DNA of 64,000 bases from contig OX597824.1 in NCBI GenBank assembly GCA_951406725.2, positions 72,726,001 to 72,790,000 of the forward strand, given 5' to 3'. The translations under genes and the position numbers were made by a program. This stretch comes from Octopus vulgaris. Its lineage: Eukaryota. Of this stretch, positions 12,992 through 23,914 are shown piece by piece. Position 1 is the first letter of the stretch; every line of letters begins with the position of its first letter. Under the pieces are notes generated by a model. That model was not told where the DNA came from. It worked only from the letters and a program-made list of their open reading frames with translations, and ran no database searches.

Positions 12992-13990
12992 TTAATAAGC
13001 AGAATTAACGGGGAAATGAAACGTTTTGGAAAAGCAAATCTAAACCATAAAAAAATAAATTACTAGGAGAAATAAACAGAAGTCTACAACAAAAACCTAG
13101 TCAAGTCGCTAAAATGCGCAAGAGATGAAGATAAATACACACACACACACACATCTGTATATGTGTAAACAAGTAGAAAACGAAAAAAAATAAAGAGTAA
13201 ATAACAAATGATTTAAGCTGAAATTCTCATTTCTTTTTGCTTTGGGTAACATCAAATCAAGTTAAAGATGTTTTTACGAAAGTATGTACGTATATATGTA
13301 GATGTGTGTGTGTATGTGCGTGTCTTGCTGTTCTCGATGAATGATTTATAAATACAATAAATTGATGAAATGAAGAGTTGAAAGAAAAAAAAACCCTAGG
13401 AGTTTGTGGTATTGTTTTGTGCATGTGAGATAGATACATAGTAGATAGATAGATAAGTGCATTTTTCATCCTGATTTATGGACTCTTAGACGACTTATAC
13501 ACATTATGTGAGCATGTATCTATATGTATGTGCTTGCGTGTGTACATAAACACACAACTACCCTCGTTTAGTAAAATCAAAAATAAAGGAAAATATAGAA
13601 CTGGAGAAAGATGAAAAGTGCGTGGTTTATTGTTTATACTTGTGTTTGTTACATAATGTTTATCTTTACATACATACATATATATACACACATATATATA
13701 TATATACATACATACACACACTAGGTCTTTGTTGTTAAGTACAGAAGGAATACAGAAATGAAGGCGAGGAAAGATAAGAAAAGTGTTCAATGTTGGATTT
13801 TTTTTTTTTTTTTGTTCCTTGTGCTTGTTTCATTGTTTCTGTTGGTAACTAGGAGTATGTGTGTGTGTGTGTGTGTGTCTTTGTTAACGTTAACCTTAAA
13901 AATTCTAGAAAGTGATACAGAAAACGAAAACAAGAAAATTAAATAAACGTCGAGTACCCACATTGCTTTTTGTTTTCCAATTAGCTCAAC

Positions 13991-14049
<59 letters not shown>

Positions 14050-14499
14050 AATATATTAGTATTTTTTTTTCTTTTTAAACCTAAGATAATTTAGAAGAAA
14101 TATTAGAAATGAAAACAAAAAAAAAAAACAAAGGAGAAAATAGAAAAATAAATGGAGCGAATGTTGAGCGCGTACTGTTATTGTTTGTTTTGCTCTATTC
14201 CGTGTTTATATATATCCACACACACATGCAGATACATAGATATACATACACACATTTATATAAATATATATATATATGAAACTCTACCTGTCTTTGGAAT
14301 ATGGCATGGCCTCTCCTCCTCTGCCTTCGGCAATCTTTGATCATTGCAAGCGAATTGTGAAACAATTTCTCCCCCTATATATGTAAATATATATATTTGG
14401 TTTAGGCTTTGGTTTGGGAGGGGGTGGGGGACAAACAAGACCACACCAACAACAGAGTGTTGTTCAAGAGAGAGAAACCTCAACTGGAAAGTAATTATG

Positions 14500-14620
14500 A
14501 CCTGATGAGTAGAAAGCGGAAGTACAATCGACCACAATAGATGGCGTTGTCCGTCATGTTTAGGACATTCTGGCGGAAGTGACTCCACTTGACGCCGCGT
14601 CGACTCAGATATATAGTAAG
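14500..14620. promoter_or_regulatory. CpG-rich promoter-like element
   Basis: Two GCGGAAGT (ETS-type) motifs at ~14516 and ~14573, a YY1-like AGATGGCG at ~14538, TGACG, and locally high CpG in non-repetitive sequence. Confidence 0.5.
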
Positions 14621-15020
14621 AATCTTGGCCGGATTTTCGTATTTTTTGCGCGTGAATCTGTTCGGCGTCACATCAGAAAGCTTGTGGGTTCTCTTTTTGC
14701 ATGTTTAATGCAACGAGGCATCGTTTGGCTTGTGTTAAAAAGTTTACATACTAACTTTGCATTTTGTTTTCGTTTATCCTTCGCATCAACTAAAAAAAAA
14801 ATTGCAAAACAAGAATCTATGACAAGTTTTTGTACTTTTGAATTAGCTTAATGCCAGAGGAGAAAGCTTTTGATTGTTTTAACATATTTAATGTGGGAGG
14901 CATTTTTCGCTTGTGTTAAAAGGTTTGTGTAATAAACTTTGTATTTTGCTTCTCTCACCACATCGACTTTAAAAATCGGAAGAATCTGACTGATTTTCGT
15001 ACTTTTGGATGAGTCTGAAA
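14618..15020. repeat. Degenerate tandem repeat, ~170-190 bp period
   Basis: AAGAATCT anchors at 14618, 14811 and 14980. Shared blocks include TTT(C/T)GTA(C/T)TTTT, AGAAAGCTT, TTTAATG, GAGGCAT, GCTTGTGTTAAAA and AACTTTG(C/T)ATTTTG. Confidence 0.7.
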
Positions 15021-15279
15021 AAGAAAAATATGACAAGACAAAGTCAGTAATTGTCTGTTATCGAAAAGTTTAGATAAGAGTTTTTCCCTTCGATCCTGCA
15101 GTATTACAAATCCAGTGAAACAGGATTTCGTGTACGTTTGTATTTCCACTACTTTACGAATTTATCTATATCTGAAAATAAAATGAATATCATTATCATC
15201 GTTTGACTGCATTGCGGGTGATTCCAACCCTCCTTTTTTCATTGCAATTTTCGTAATTGGCTGTGATCTGATGATTTAG

Positions 15280-15503
15280 TCCTGGCTACCGGCGCAATTT
15301 AATTGAGAACGCAAATAGAGATGTGACCGCGTGTGTACCGTTGGCGATTTATTTTCCCTCTGTCTTTCCTTCTATGTTTCCGACGAAGAGCTCCGCTCGA
15401 AACGTTAAACCTCCTTTCCTGAGCGTCCGATAATACTATATTTGTTCCACGTCCTCGCGTTGTTGTGGGGTTTTTTTTGTGCTTTCTTGTTTGGATTAAC
15501 TAC
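15280..15503 (+). mobile_element. Penelope-like element terminal-repeat remnant
   Basis: Contains a minimal hammerhead-like motif (15376-15410) followed by a T-rich tail. This arrangement is typical of Penelope pseudo-LTRs. Confidence 0.5.
15376..15410 (+). ncRNA. Minimal type I hammerhead ribozyme motif (core variant)
   Basis: GTTT-CCGACGA-A-GAGC-TCC-GCTC-GAAA-CG-TT-AAAC. Stem I is GTTT/AAAC, stem II is GAGC/GCTC, and stem III is the palindromic AACGTT. The core reads CCGANGA instead of CUGANGA. Confidence 0.6.
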
Positions 15504-15619
15504 CACAAAATATCTCGCCCAAAGCTCTCACAATTCATCAATATTGATCAAGCAGACCAATGAGGAAAACTGTTCCAGCTAACACCATCCAGACCATTTA
15601 TCCACTATCCTGGGTTACA

Positions 15620-15983
15620 GTTTCACCGAACCAAAAAAGATGAAAGGCAAAGTTGACCTTAGCGGGATTTAAACTCTAGAGCACAGAAAGCCAAAACAAT
15701 TACCACTGGGCACTTTATTCGGCGGACCTTACATTTCAGTCCATTTGCTAAATATTAGAGTAAGATTTCTTCTCTATTATAGGCACAAAGCCTGAAATTT
15801 GGGAGTGGGTCGGCTAGATGATTACATCTACCTCAAGTATTCAGCCGCTACTTGTTTTATCGCTACCGAAAGGATGAAGGGCAAAGTCAACCTCGGCGGA
15901 ATTTGAACTTAGAACATAAGGCCAGAAGAAATAACACTTAGAATTTTGCCTAACGTGCTGACAATTCTGCCACCTCGCTACCT
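15620..15983 (-). mobile_element. Two adjacent SINE family B copies (decayed ~15620-15750; better preserved ~15770-15983)
   Basis: Blocks GAAAGGATGAAGGGCAAAGTCAACCTCGGCGGAATTTGAAC match 853-1057. Confidence 0.75.
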
Positions 15984-16464
15984 TTTATATAGAGTAAGAT
16001 TAAAGATTGGCTGAGGACAGAAAGAGCTGTTTGTGTAGGTTAGTGGTAAGTAGCTCCACTTGTGGAAAGCACTTGGTCTAGTGGATAGCGGCTTATTTTC
16101 ATAAGGTCAAGGATTTAATTCCTGTACTGGTCAGTACTTATTTTCACCATTGCTTTAGTGTAGTCAGCTGTAATGAGTACAAGCCAGATACTAATGCAGC
16201 TCTCTCTCTCCCTTCAACTGTCTCATCTTGAGTATTTGAGCGGGGATGAAAGGTCTCTCAAAACAAGTACCAAGAGTGGAGTATATATTACCAAGCAACA
16301 GTTAGCTCTTACAGTACTGTATTTTTGACTCTATTTGTTGCGTTATGGACTCGGAAGATGGATAGAGGTGTGTAGTAACATCATGCAGAAAACCGTTTAG
16401 GTTCATCATGGTTATGTGCATTGTTTTAGCTAATTAGAAATTTCAACTCGTCAGAAACTTGAGA

Positions 16465-16617
16465 CAGTAGCGTAGCTAGGGGGATGGTAGTAGGGGCGGC
16501 ACTTTTAAAGGGGCACCACATTTGAGTCTGTTGTAGACAATATGTATTTTTTATGGGGGTCTGGGAGGCGGCAAACGGATGGGCCGCCCCGGGCGGCACA
16601 CACTAGCTACGCTAGTG
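16465..16617. mobile_element. hAT-type MITE
   Basis: TIRs CAGTAGCGTAGCTAG ... CTAGCTACGCTAGTG (14/15 match) and GC-rich subterminal GCCGCCCCGGGCGGCA motifs. The TSD is degenerate. Confidence 0.8.
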
Positions 16618-17829
16618 GGTTAAGATACCTTAAAGCGATTTAAATAGAAATAAAAATTCTGTTATACTGGCTCCTAGAAATCACCAACATATATGGTAAT
16701 CTCTCTCTCTCTCTGTTAAACGTTTGCTTTTATCTAGCCTCTATAGAATCATGTCTACCTGTTTAAATATAGGTATGACTATCTCAGTTTTTCATCTACT
16801 TTAGTAATGGCCTTTTATCTGCTTGCACACATTTGATTCAACAACACAATTTACTCTGCATGAATATTTTCTATGCACATTATTCTACCAATAAGATCGG
16901 AAGAAGTTTATTTTTTGTTGGTATGTAAGATTGTGCATAAGAGGGAGAGAGAAAGAAAGAGAGAGAGAGAGCAGTTATTATTATATCTTTGAAATTTTTC
17001 TTAGTTTCATACATTTTGGTGAAAAGTAATTCCACTTGAAACCACGTTGACTCACATATAGGAAGAATCTTTGCGTGTCTATTTTTTTTTTTTTTTTGAA
17101 CGAAGAGAAAACGAGTAGCTGTCTTTTATCAAAAGTTAAGACAATAATCAAATCTGTATCCCTTAACCTTTCCCATGGAATTATAAATTGACTGAAATGA
17201 TAAAATTTTTCTGGCATTTGTCTTTTCTCTGCCATGGATTTACGAACTTACTGATCTTTGAAATTAAAGGGCGATTTCGAAATGAATTGAGTGAGAGGAT
17301 GACAAATGATGAAGCATCTAAAACATTTTGTGAGATTGCCTCCTTTTCTGCACGCCAATTCAGACATATAGGAAGCATCTTCACCAAAAGTTAACAATTT
17401 CTGGAGACTCTGATGAGAGACAAGAGTGCCGTTAGTGGTTTACAAGTAGCAAAGAGTAATAATAAACATTGCATTTTTTTTTTGTCAATATGACTAGGTC
17501 TTTAGAATTTAAAATACGTTAAGAGTTATTCAAACAAAAGGACTATTAACCTCAACATTACTTGGATATGAAGTTAACTGTTAAAAAAAAAATTATAAAC
17601 TCATTTCACGCATTCAGGCGTTTCATAATTGTTTTTAAGAAGTTTTCTTTATAAAAATTCAGGGCAATTAATTCAGTGAAAGAAAGAAGGCTCAAAATAA
17701 ATATATATATAAAGGACTAAAGAAAATCGGCAGATAAATAAACAAAATAAAGAATACACATTCCTTCAGTTACACATTTCACGTGTTTCCCTCTAAAATT
17801 TTTGAGACCACCCCAAACACTGACGACAT

Positions 17830-18085
17830 TACCGCGGACGATTACAAGGCTAAGTTGCTGGAGCATCCCACCAATTCCAGAGCCAATGGGAGTGTCCAGG
17901 GATGATGGGAAGAGACCCGACGAACTTACTTTTTACCCCTTTCGCAGGAGAACCCTTAGCATTTTTTGCTCCGTCACTCATCCGTAAACGAAGCGACATG
18001 GATGGGGATAGTGCATCTGTAGCTCAAAGAAATCGCATAATTTATGGATGTTACATTGTTCAACTTGTGGATTTAATGAACTAAT
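17830..18085 (+). mobile_element. CRE-clade-like non-LTR retrotransposon 3' fragment (restriction-like endonuclease)
   Basis: The translation EPMGVSRDDGKRPDELTFYPF matches the EPxGLxRxDGKRPDGxTxxPW motif. Downstream SVAQRN resembles the terminal SIAxQRGN. Confidence 0.7.
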
Positions 18086-18129
18086 CCAAATCCATGAGCT
18101 TTCGAACTTGGATTTGGAAATATAATGTA

Positions 18130-18524
18130 CTAGCAGTATTGCCCGGCGTTGCTCGGGTTTGTTTTCTTTTCGACTCTTTAGAATTGGAATTTTTGAAAAG
18201 TAAAAATTTTGCATTATGTAGCTTGTTATTCTCTTTAAGTGAACATTTTTCTGGTTGAAATACACCGAAAAATGGCGACACAGTAAAAAAAATCGTAAAA
18301 AATAGGATTTTCATAGAAAAAAAGCACCCTTTTGATGTAAATAATTTTTGGTATTAACATGGTCCAATTTGAATTTTTTCTTCTACGGAAGGAAGAGCAA
18401 ACCTTCTTCTATCATACTCTCAATTTTGGTCAACTTGCGCCGCAGGGTCTCGGAGGAGATAGTGTTAGTTGAAGGCTACCAAACTTGCCATACACAGACA
18501 ACTTCAACTTTATATAGAGAGAGA
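18130..18524 (-). mobile_element. Non-autonomous Helitron
   Basis: The reverse strand starts A^TCTCTCTCTATATAAAG..GTTGTCTGTG and ends in the hairpin CCCGAGCAACGCCGGG followed by CTAG^T. Termini are shared with 47267-47654. Confidence 0.85.
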
Positions 18525-19583
18525 TTTAGAAAGTGTAAGGATATGAATGCTAAAGGTGCTTGAGACGTTTTGGTGGAAAATGGTAGTGACCATGTTAAAT
18601 TTCGTAGTTGAATCTGATGAGAGAGTAAAAAAATTAGCTTGATTTGCAGGTATCAAGGAGTTTATTCTCACCTTCTAAAAAGATTTATAAACTTGTTCAA
18701 ATTCACAAATTTTCGAATTAAAATTTAGAAATCAAATAACTATCTTAATAACATGACTATACACAGTAAAATCTTTTAGTGAAAGATTATGCAATAAGAT
18801 TTTAAACTTTGCAAATGACGGGGTAACAAGGAGAACTTTATTACATTTTGGTAGAAAGCAATTCCACTTGTTGCGGGGGTTAACTCAGGAATATAACTGG
18901 AAAGTTGAGCAAGATTTTCGTATCTTATGTCAAAGAAAAGGCAGTGGTGTTTTCTAGAGATGTATGGTCACCCTTTTTTTTTCTCTCCATATGTAGGGGA
19001 AAGAAAGAACAAAATAAGGAGTTGAAAAAAAGCGAGTAAGGGAGACAGTAAAAAGGGGAATAGGGAAAATAGTGAGAAAGACGGAATAAAAGACAGAGGA
19101 TGAATGAATATAAGGAAAAAGAAAATATAAGCAGGGTAAAAATTAGGAGAGATAATGTGAAAAGAAGATGTAAAAATAAAAATGAGTGGGAAAAGGTAAG
19201 GCAGAGATTGAGAAAGATTAAGAATAAAAGCTTCTTAGCTGGAAAGAGATTAAGTGTAATAGAAAGAAAGAATGACAGTAAGTGGGAGAAAGAGAGAGAG
19301 AGAGAGAGAGAGCAAAATAAAGGAGAGGGAGTAAACAAAAAATAAACAAATTAGGATATAAAACAAAAAGAGGAAAAAATGTAGTAATATTTTACAATTC
19401 ATTATCAATAATAAATAAAGGTATGACGTTAATTAGAAATAATAAATAAAAGCTGTTAGCAACATTAGATCCGTACTAAAAAGTTTTGACAACGCCGAGA
19501 CATTTTAATATCGTTCACTTTCTTTTTCACGTCTCGGGTTAATTTATACAAGACTTGCACGGAAATAATCATCACCTAGTAAA

Positions 19584-19883
19584 ATGGAAGCACATAATAC
19601 TCCAGATCATATGAATAATGTGGATTTACTGCAGCAGATTTCGGCATTATATTGGCTTTACCAGGAAGATCCGACTTTCTATAAGGCTGTCACTTTGGGT
19701 AGAGTCGCTCACGATATTTGGAGGAGGGTGTCCGATGAACCAAAAATCGAAATGCTAAGGAACCAAACCATTATGTCTATTGCTACCTACGTTAAAGAGC
19801 ATCCGAGGGCCAGAGAGAGTGAACTTATCAGTGAAATAGAAAAACAGATCGAGGGGTTCAAAACCGCAGTGGAAAATATGTAG
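19584..19883 (+). CDS. Intronless 99-aa protein of unknown function
   Basis: ATG in AAAATGG context; uninterrupted, non-repetitive, complex sequence that is GC-richer than its flanks; protein-like composition with an amphipathic-looking C-terminal helix; AATAAA at 20167. Confidence 0.7.
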   Translation: MEAHNTPDHMNNVDLLQQISALYWLYQEDPTFYKAVTLGRVAHDIWRRVSDEPKIEMLRNQTIMSIATYVKEHPRARESELISEIEKQIEGFKTAVENM

Positions 19884-20209
19884 AACGAGGTAAAGAGTTT
19901 TATAATTATAATAATGGCAGGTGCCTAATAATGACGGTAATTTATATTACAACAAACATCTGTTAGTCATAACATATTATATAATATATATATTTTTTAA
20001 AATTATGTTTTCGTTGTCACAAACTTCACAGTGAATGTTTATACCACATAACAAATAATTGCTTCCTAGTTAAGTAATGCAGCGAAGCGATTCGGAAGTG
20101 ACACAGCTACAGGCACATACTTAAAAAGTCACCTATATTTTGATAATACGCCGTGACCATCCACTCAATAAATTGTTTTACATGCACGCACATACATATG
20201 TATATAGAC

Positions 20210-20392
20210 TGAATGGTCACGGCTGGAACCCTCATTTTGCTATTTCCTATTACAGCAGATTATTAAAACAAGTGAAATTTTCAGAAGTATATGAAATCCG
20301 CCGAAACTACACCTGATTATATATACACTTTAGATGAGTTGTAGTGCACCTGAGCACTGTACACAATTATTATTATTATTATTATTATTATT
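20210..20392 (+). mobile_element. CR1-like LINE 3' tail fragment
   Basis: CTACACCTGA...GTTGTAGTGCACCTGAGCACTGTACACAA(TTA)n matches the 3' end of the CR1 at 61980-62572. Confidence 0.65.
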
Positions 20393-20516
20393 GTAGCAGC
20401 TTATAATCAAACAGGTACATTTCGGTTTCTCGTTTTATATCTGTATCATATCTTATGTTCTAAAGTAGGAAATAACTCCCAACAAATATATTTACCAAGA
20501 ATGTAATAGAAGCAAG

Positions 20517-20831
20517 TGTGGAGGCGCAATGGCCCAGTGGTTAGGGCAGCGGACTCGCGGTCATAGGATCGCGGTTTCGATTCCCAGGCTCCGGCAGGGG
20601 ATGGTGGTGATCCCTGCTGTACTCTTTCGCCACAATTTTCTCACTCTTACTTCCTGTTTCTGTTGTACCTGTACTTCAAAGGGCCGGCCTTGTCACTCTC
20701 TGTGTCACGCTGAATATCCCTGTCTGTGGAGTGCTCAGCCACTTACACGTTAATTTCACGAGCAGGCTGTTCCGTTGATTCGGATCAACCGGAACCCTCG
20801 TCGTCGTAACCGACGGAGTGCTTCCATTCCC
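20517..20831 (+). mobile_element. tRNA-derived SINE, family C, with 12-bp TSD
   Basis: Head GGAGGCGCAATGGCCCAGTGGTTAGG...GGTTTCGATTCCC. Perfect TSD AATAGAAGCAAG at 20505-20516 and 20832-20843. Confidence 0.92.
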
Positions 20832-21269
20832 AATAGAAGCAAGCATGTACGGAGTCACTCGACTTACTACAAATAGCTTTCAGCTTTTTTTCTAATTACT
20901 CAAATAAACAAAAAAAAGAAGGAAGGATGCATTGGACAATGTAATATACATAATCTTGCTCCTTTAGCAAACAATACAAAACCATATGTGTGTGTGTGTG
21001 TGTAAATACATATGGATATACGTATGCACGCATGTAAGTTGAAAATGAGCTGAGAGAAATAACTCAGAGTAGCTCGTGGGGTGATGTATCACAATAATGC
21101 CATACAGAATAAATTTTTGATTTACTGAAATTATCTTTGCTACAAGAGAAGGTAAACAAATACCCAGTAGCAGATGCAAATAACTTCAAATATGAAGGGG
21201 AAATAATGATCGTTATCGTTAATAATGTCCACTTTTCTGATTAGTTTTTTTACCTGTGGTATGTGTATC

Positions 21270-21602
21270 GTCATCATCATCGTTTAACATCCATCTTCCA
21301 TGCATGTGAGGGTGGGATAGTTGGCAGGAGCCAGTCAGGTAGAAGACTATCCCAGGCTACTGTGTCTGTTTTGGCAGGGCTTTTACCGCTGGATGGCCTT
21401 CTTAACACCAACCACTCTGCAGAGTGGACTCAGTGCTTTTTACATGGCACTAGCACAGGCGAGGTTAACTTTGGTATGATTTTTACAGCTGGCTGCCCTT
21501 CCAAATGCCAACCACTTTACAGTGTGGACTGGATGCTTTTTACTTGGCACCAGCACTGGTAGGGTCACCAAGTAACTCACAAGACAAAGAATTTTGAGAG
21601 GG
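21270..21602 (-). mobile_element. Family D retroelement copy
   Basis: CATCATCGTTTAACATCC...CTGGATGGCCTTCTTAACACCAACCACTC. Confidence 0.7.
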
Positions 21603-22457
21603 TCAGGGGCATTTGAGGAGGGAACTAGTTCTAGAAGTGCTGTGTGTCCCACCCGCACTTAAGAAAACTTCTCACCCGCTCTACCACAACAAACCAAACT
21701 ACATCTCGACATCTCTTCTCTTCCTTTCATTTCCACTTCATGCACTATGCTTACCTCCCACTCCCCAATCCTGCCGTCCTGACCTGTGTGTTCCACCCAT
21801 ATACCCTGTCTCACTGTACCATTGATATCTGCTAGTCCCCAACCTGTGTATTCCACGCACACATAACAAGAAACTTTTCACACACCCTGCCCCAACAAAC
21901 CAATCTACATCTCTTCCTCACATTTCCTCCTTTGTACACTATGCCCAACTCTCACTTCCCAATCCTGTCCTCATGGCCCTGTTCCTCTATCATTGCTATC
22001 TGGTAGCCCACTGCCCTGACTCTATATATACCCAGGTTTTTGTCCCTTCCCTGCCTCTGCACTTCCTTGCAATATCCTACCACTTATATTATGATGTTCG
22101 AACCGCAAGGGTATGCCCTGGCACTTGACATCATCTATGTCTCTCTTCTTTTACTCAACCATCCCATTTATATTCTGATCCCCCGTCCCTTTTGAGTATG
22201 CCCAGCACTTTGCCACCATCTCTATCCTGCTGTCTCCCACTCTCTCTCTCCCTCTCCTGCACTTTCCTCAGGTTGGGTAACCATGTATTTCCTATTTCCT
22301 TTGTGGCAGTGCACCTGTTTCTATCTTCATTCCCATTTTCCCTCTCTTTCCTTGGCTGGGTAACCTTGTACCTCAGCAAGACACCTGTTTTTATCTCTCT
22401 GTCTCACTGTAACCATTCATCATCTGACACAAGATCACCTCTTCCAATGCCCCCTCT

Positions 22458-22770
22458 CCTCTCAAAAGAGATTTTCTTTTGTCTTGCGAGTACTTGGTAA
22501 CCCTGTCAGTGCAGGTGCCAGTCCACACTGTAAAGTGGTTGGTGTTTGGAAGGGCATCCAGCTGTAAAAACCTTGCCAAAACTGTCCTCACTTGAGTTGT
22601 GCCACATAAAAAGCACTAAGTCCTCTCTGCTGAGTGGTTAGTGTTAGGAAGCTGTAAAAATCCTGCCAAAACAGTTGCAGAAGTCTGGTGCAGTCTTCTT
22701 CCTGGCTGGCTCCTGTCAAACTGTCCCACCCATGCCAGTATGGAAGGCGGACATTAAGCAATGATAATGA
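22458..22770 (+). mobile_element. Family D retroelement copy, inverted relative to 21270-21602
   Basis: GTGGTTGGTGTTTGGAAGGGCATCCAGCTGTAAAAA...CCCATGCCAGTATGGAAGGCGGACATTAA followed by a GAT-rich tail. Confidence 0.7.
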
Positions 22771-23678
22771 TATACTCACATACTCAATGGACTTACGTAT
22801 AATTTCTGTCTACCAAATTCACTTACTAGACATTTATCAGCCCAGGGCTATTGTAAAAGACACTAACAGAAGGTGTCACACAGTGGGACTGAACCCAAAA
22901 CCACATGGTTGTAAAATGATCTTCTTTACCACACAGCCATGTCATATGTATTATAATGTATCAGTGATGATGATGGTTTTGTTATTTGCCACAAAGGCAC
23001 AGTAATGATTTTTACCATTTTACATACACTGACTGCAATATATGATATGAATATAATACTATAACAATGCTTCTTTATCTGCTTCAGGGACACCAAAGTA
23101 AAAGAATGCTCCATAACATTGTCAAATGGACTGCAAAAGGAAGAGAAGTATTTCGGTGAATTATATAAATCTGAGATTCAATGAAGTTGTTGAAAATATA
23201 TATATATAATCATAGACAGACCACAAGAGAGAAGGAATAACACTTGATGCCTTTGTTATGATCATTATTACAATGGTCTCTTCAAAATCCTGCCAAGTTC
23301 AATCTTTACTTTCCATATTTCTTGGGTTAATATAATCAACTATGCACTCTTTCCCAACATTTATGCTTTTTATACATGTACTAAATATTGTTCTTAAAGT
23401 AGAGCACTGGACAAATATATCTATCACAAATATATGCATCACGTAAATTAAAATCCTGCTTGGTCAACTCTGTTTTTCACAGTTTAAAATTTTATTTATT
23501 TATTTGGAGGTGGGGTGGGTGTTGCCAATGAAATAATTAGAAGTCTTGAATTGGCATTGATATAATTTGTGGCCTTGAATCTATGCTGAAAATCATTTTA
23601 TAAAACTTTTCTAATATATTTTATATACAAGAGTTTTATGTTGGTGTAGAACATCAAGTTACATACATAACTTTTTAA

Positions 23679-23914
23679 CCCCTTACCCGGCAGAAACAAA
23701 TATATGCGTTTTGACTGAAATCGTTTTTTTCTATCTCTGGCGAGTTAACTCATCAAAAGATAGACTCGCCAAAATTGACAGCAAACGAGTTCCTTCATCT
23801 ATTATAAAAAATATGTCATATTATAAAAAATATGTCATATTATAAAAAATATGTCATATAAAAAATATGTCTGAAAAAATACATTTATTTTCAAAATAAT
23901 TGTTGGGTAAGGGG
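23679..23914. mobile_element. piggyBac-type MITE
   Basis: TTAA|CCCCTTACCC ... GGGTAAGGGG|TTAA. Contains an internal 19-bp tandem repeat ATTATAAAAAATATGTCAT (3 or more copies). Confidence 0.88.

Noticed and set aside
7781-13790. Many 60-196 aa ORFs rich in YI/CV/HT repeats
   Set aside because: These are translations of (TA)n, (CA)n and compound microsatellites, which lack stops in some frames.
18925-19345. 137-aa hydrophobic and 81-aa charged ORFs
   Set aside because: Low-complexity purine-rich (GA/AAAG) tract; composition alone explains both ORFs.
20518-20590. tRNA-like sequence with A and B boxes
   Set aside because: It is the head of a multicopy SINE with a TSD, and no complete acceptor stem is present.
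23088-23185. Plus-strand acceptor ttcag| followed by a short open frame
   Set aside because: No recognisable homology and no linked exon that I can support.
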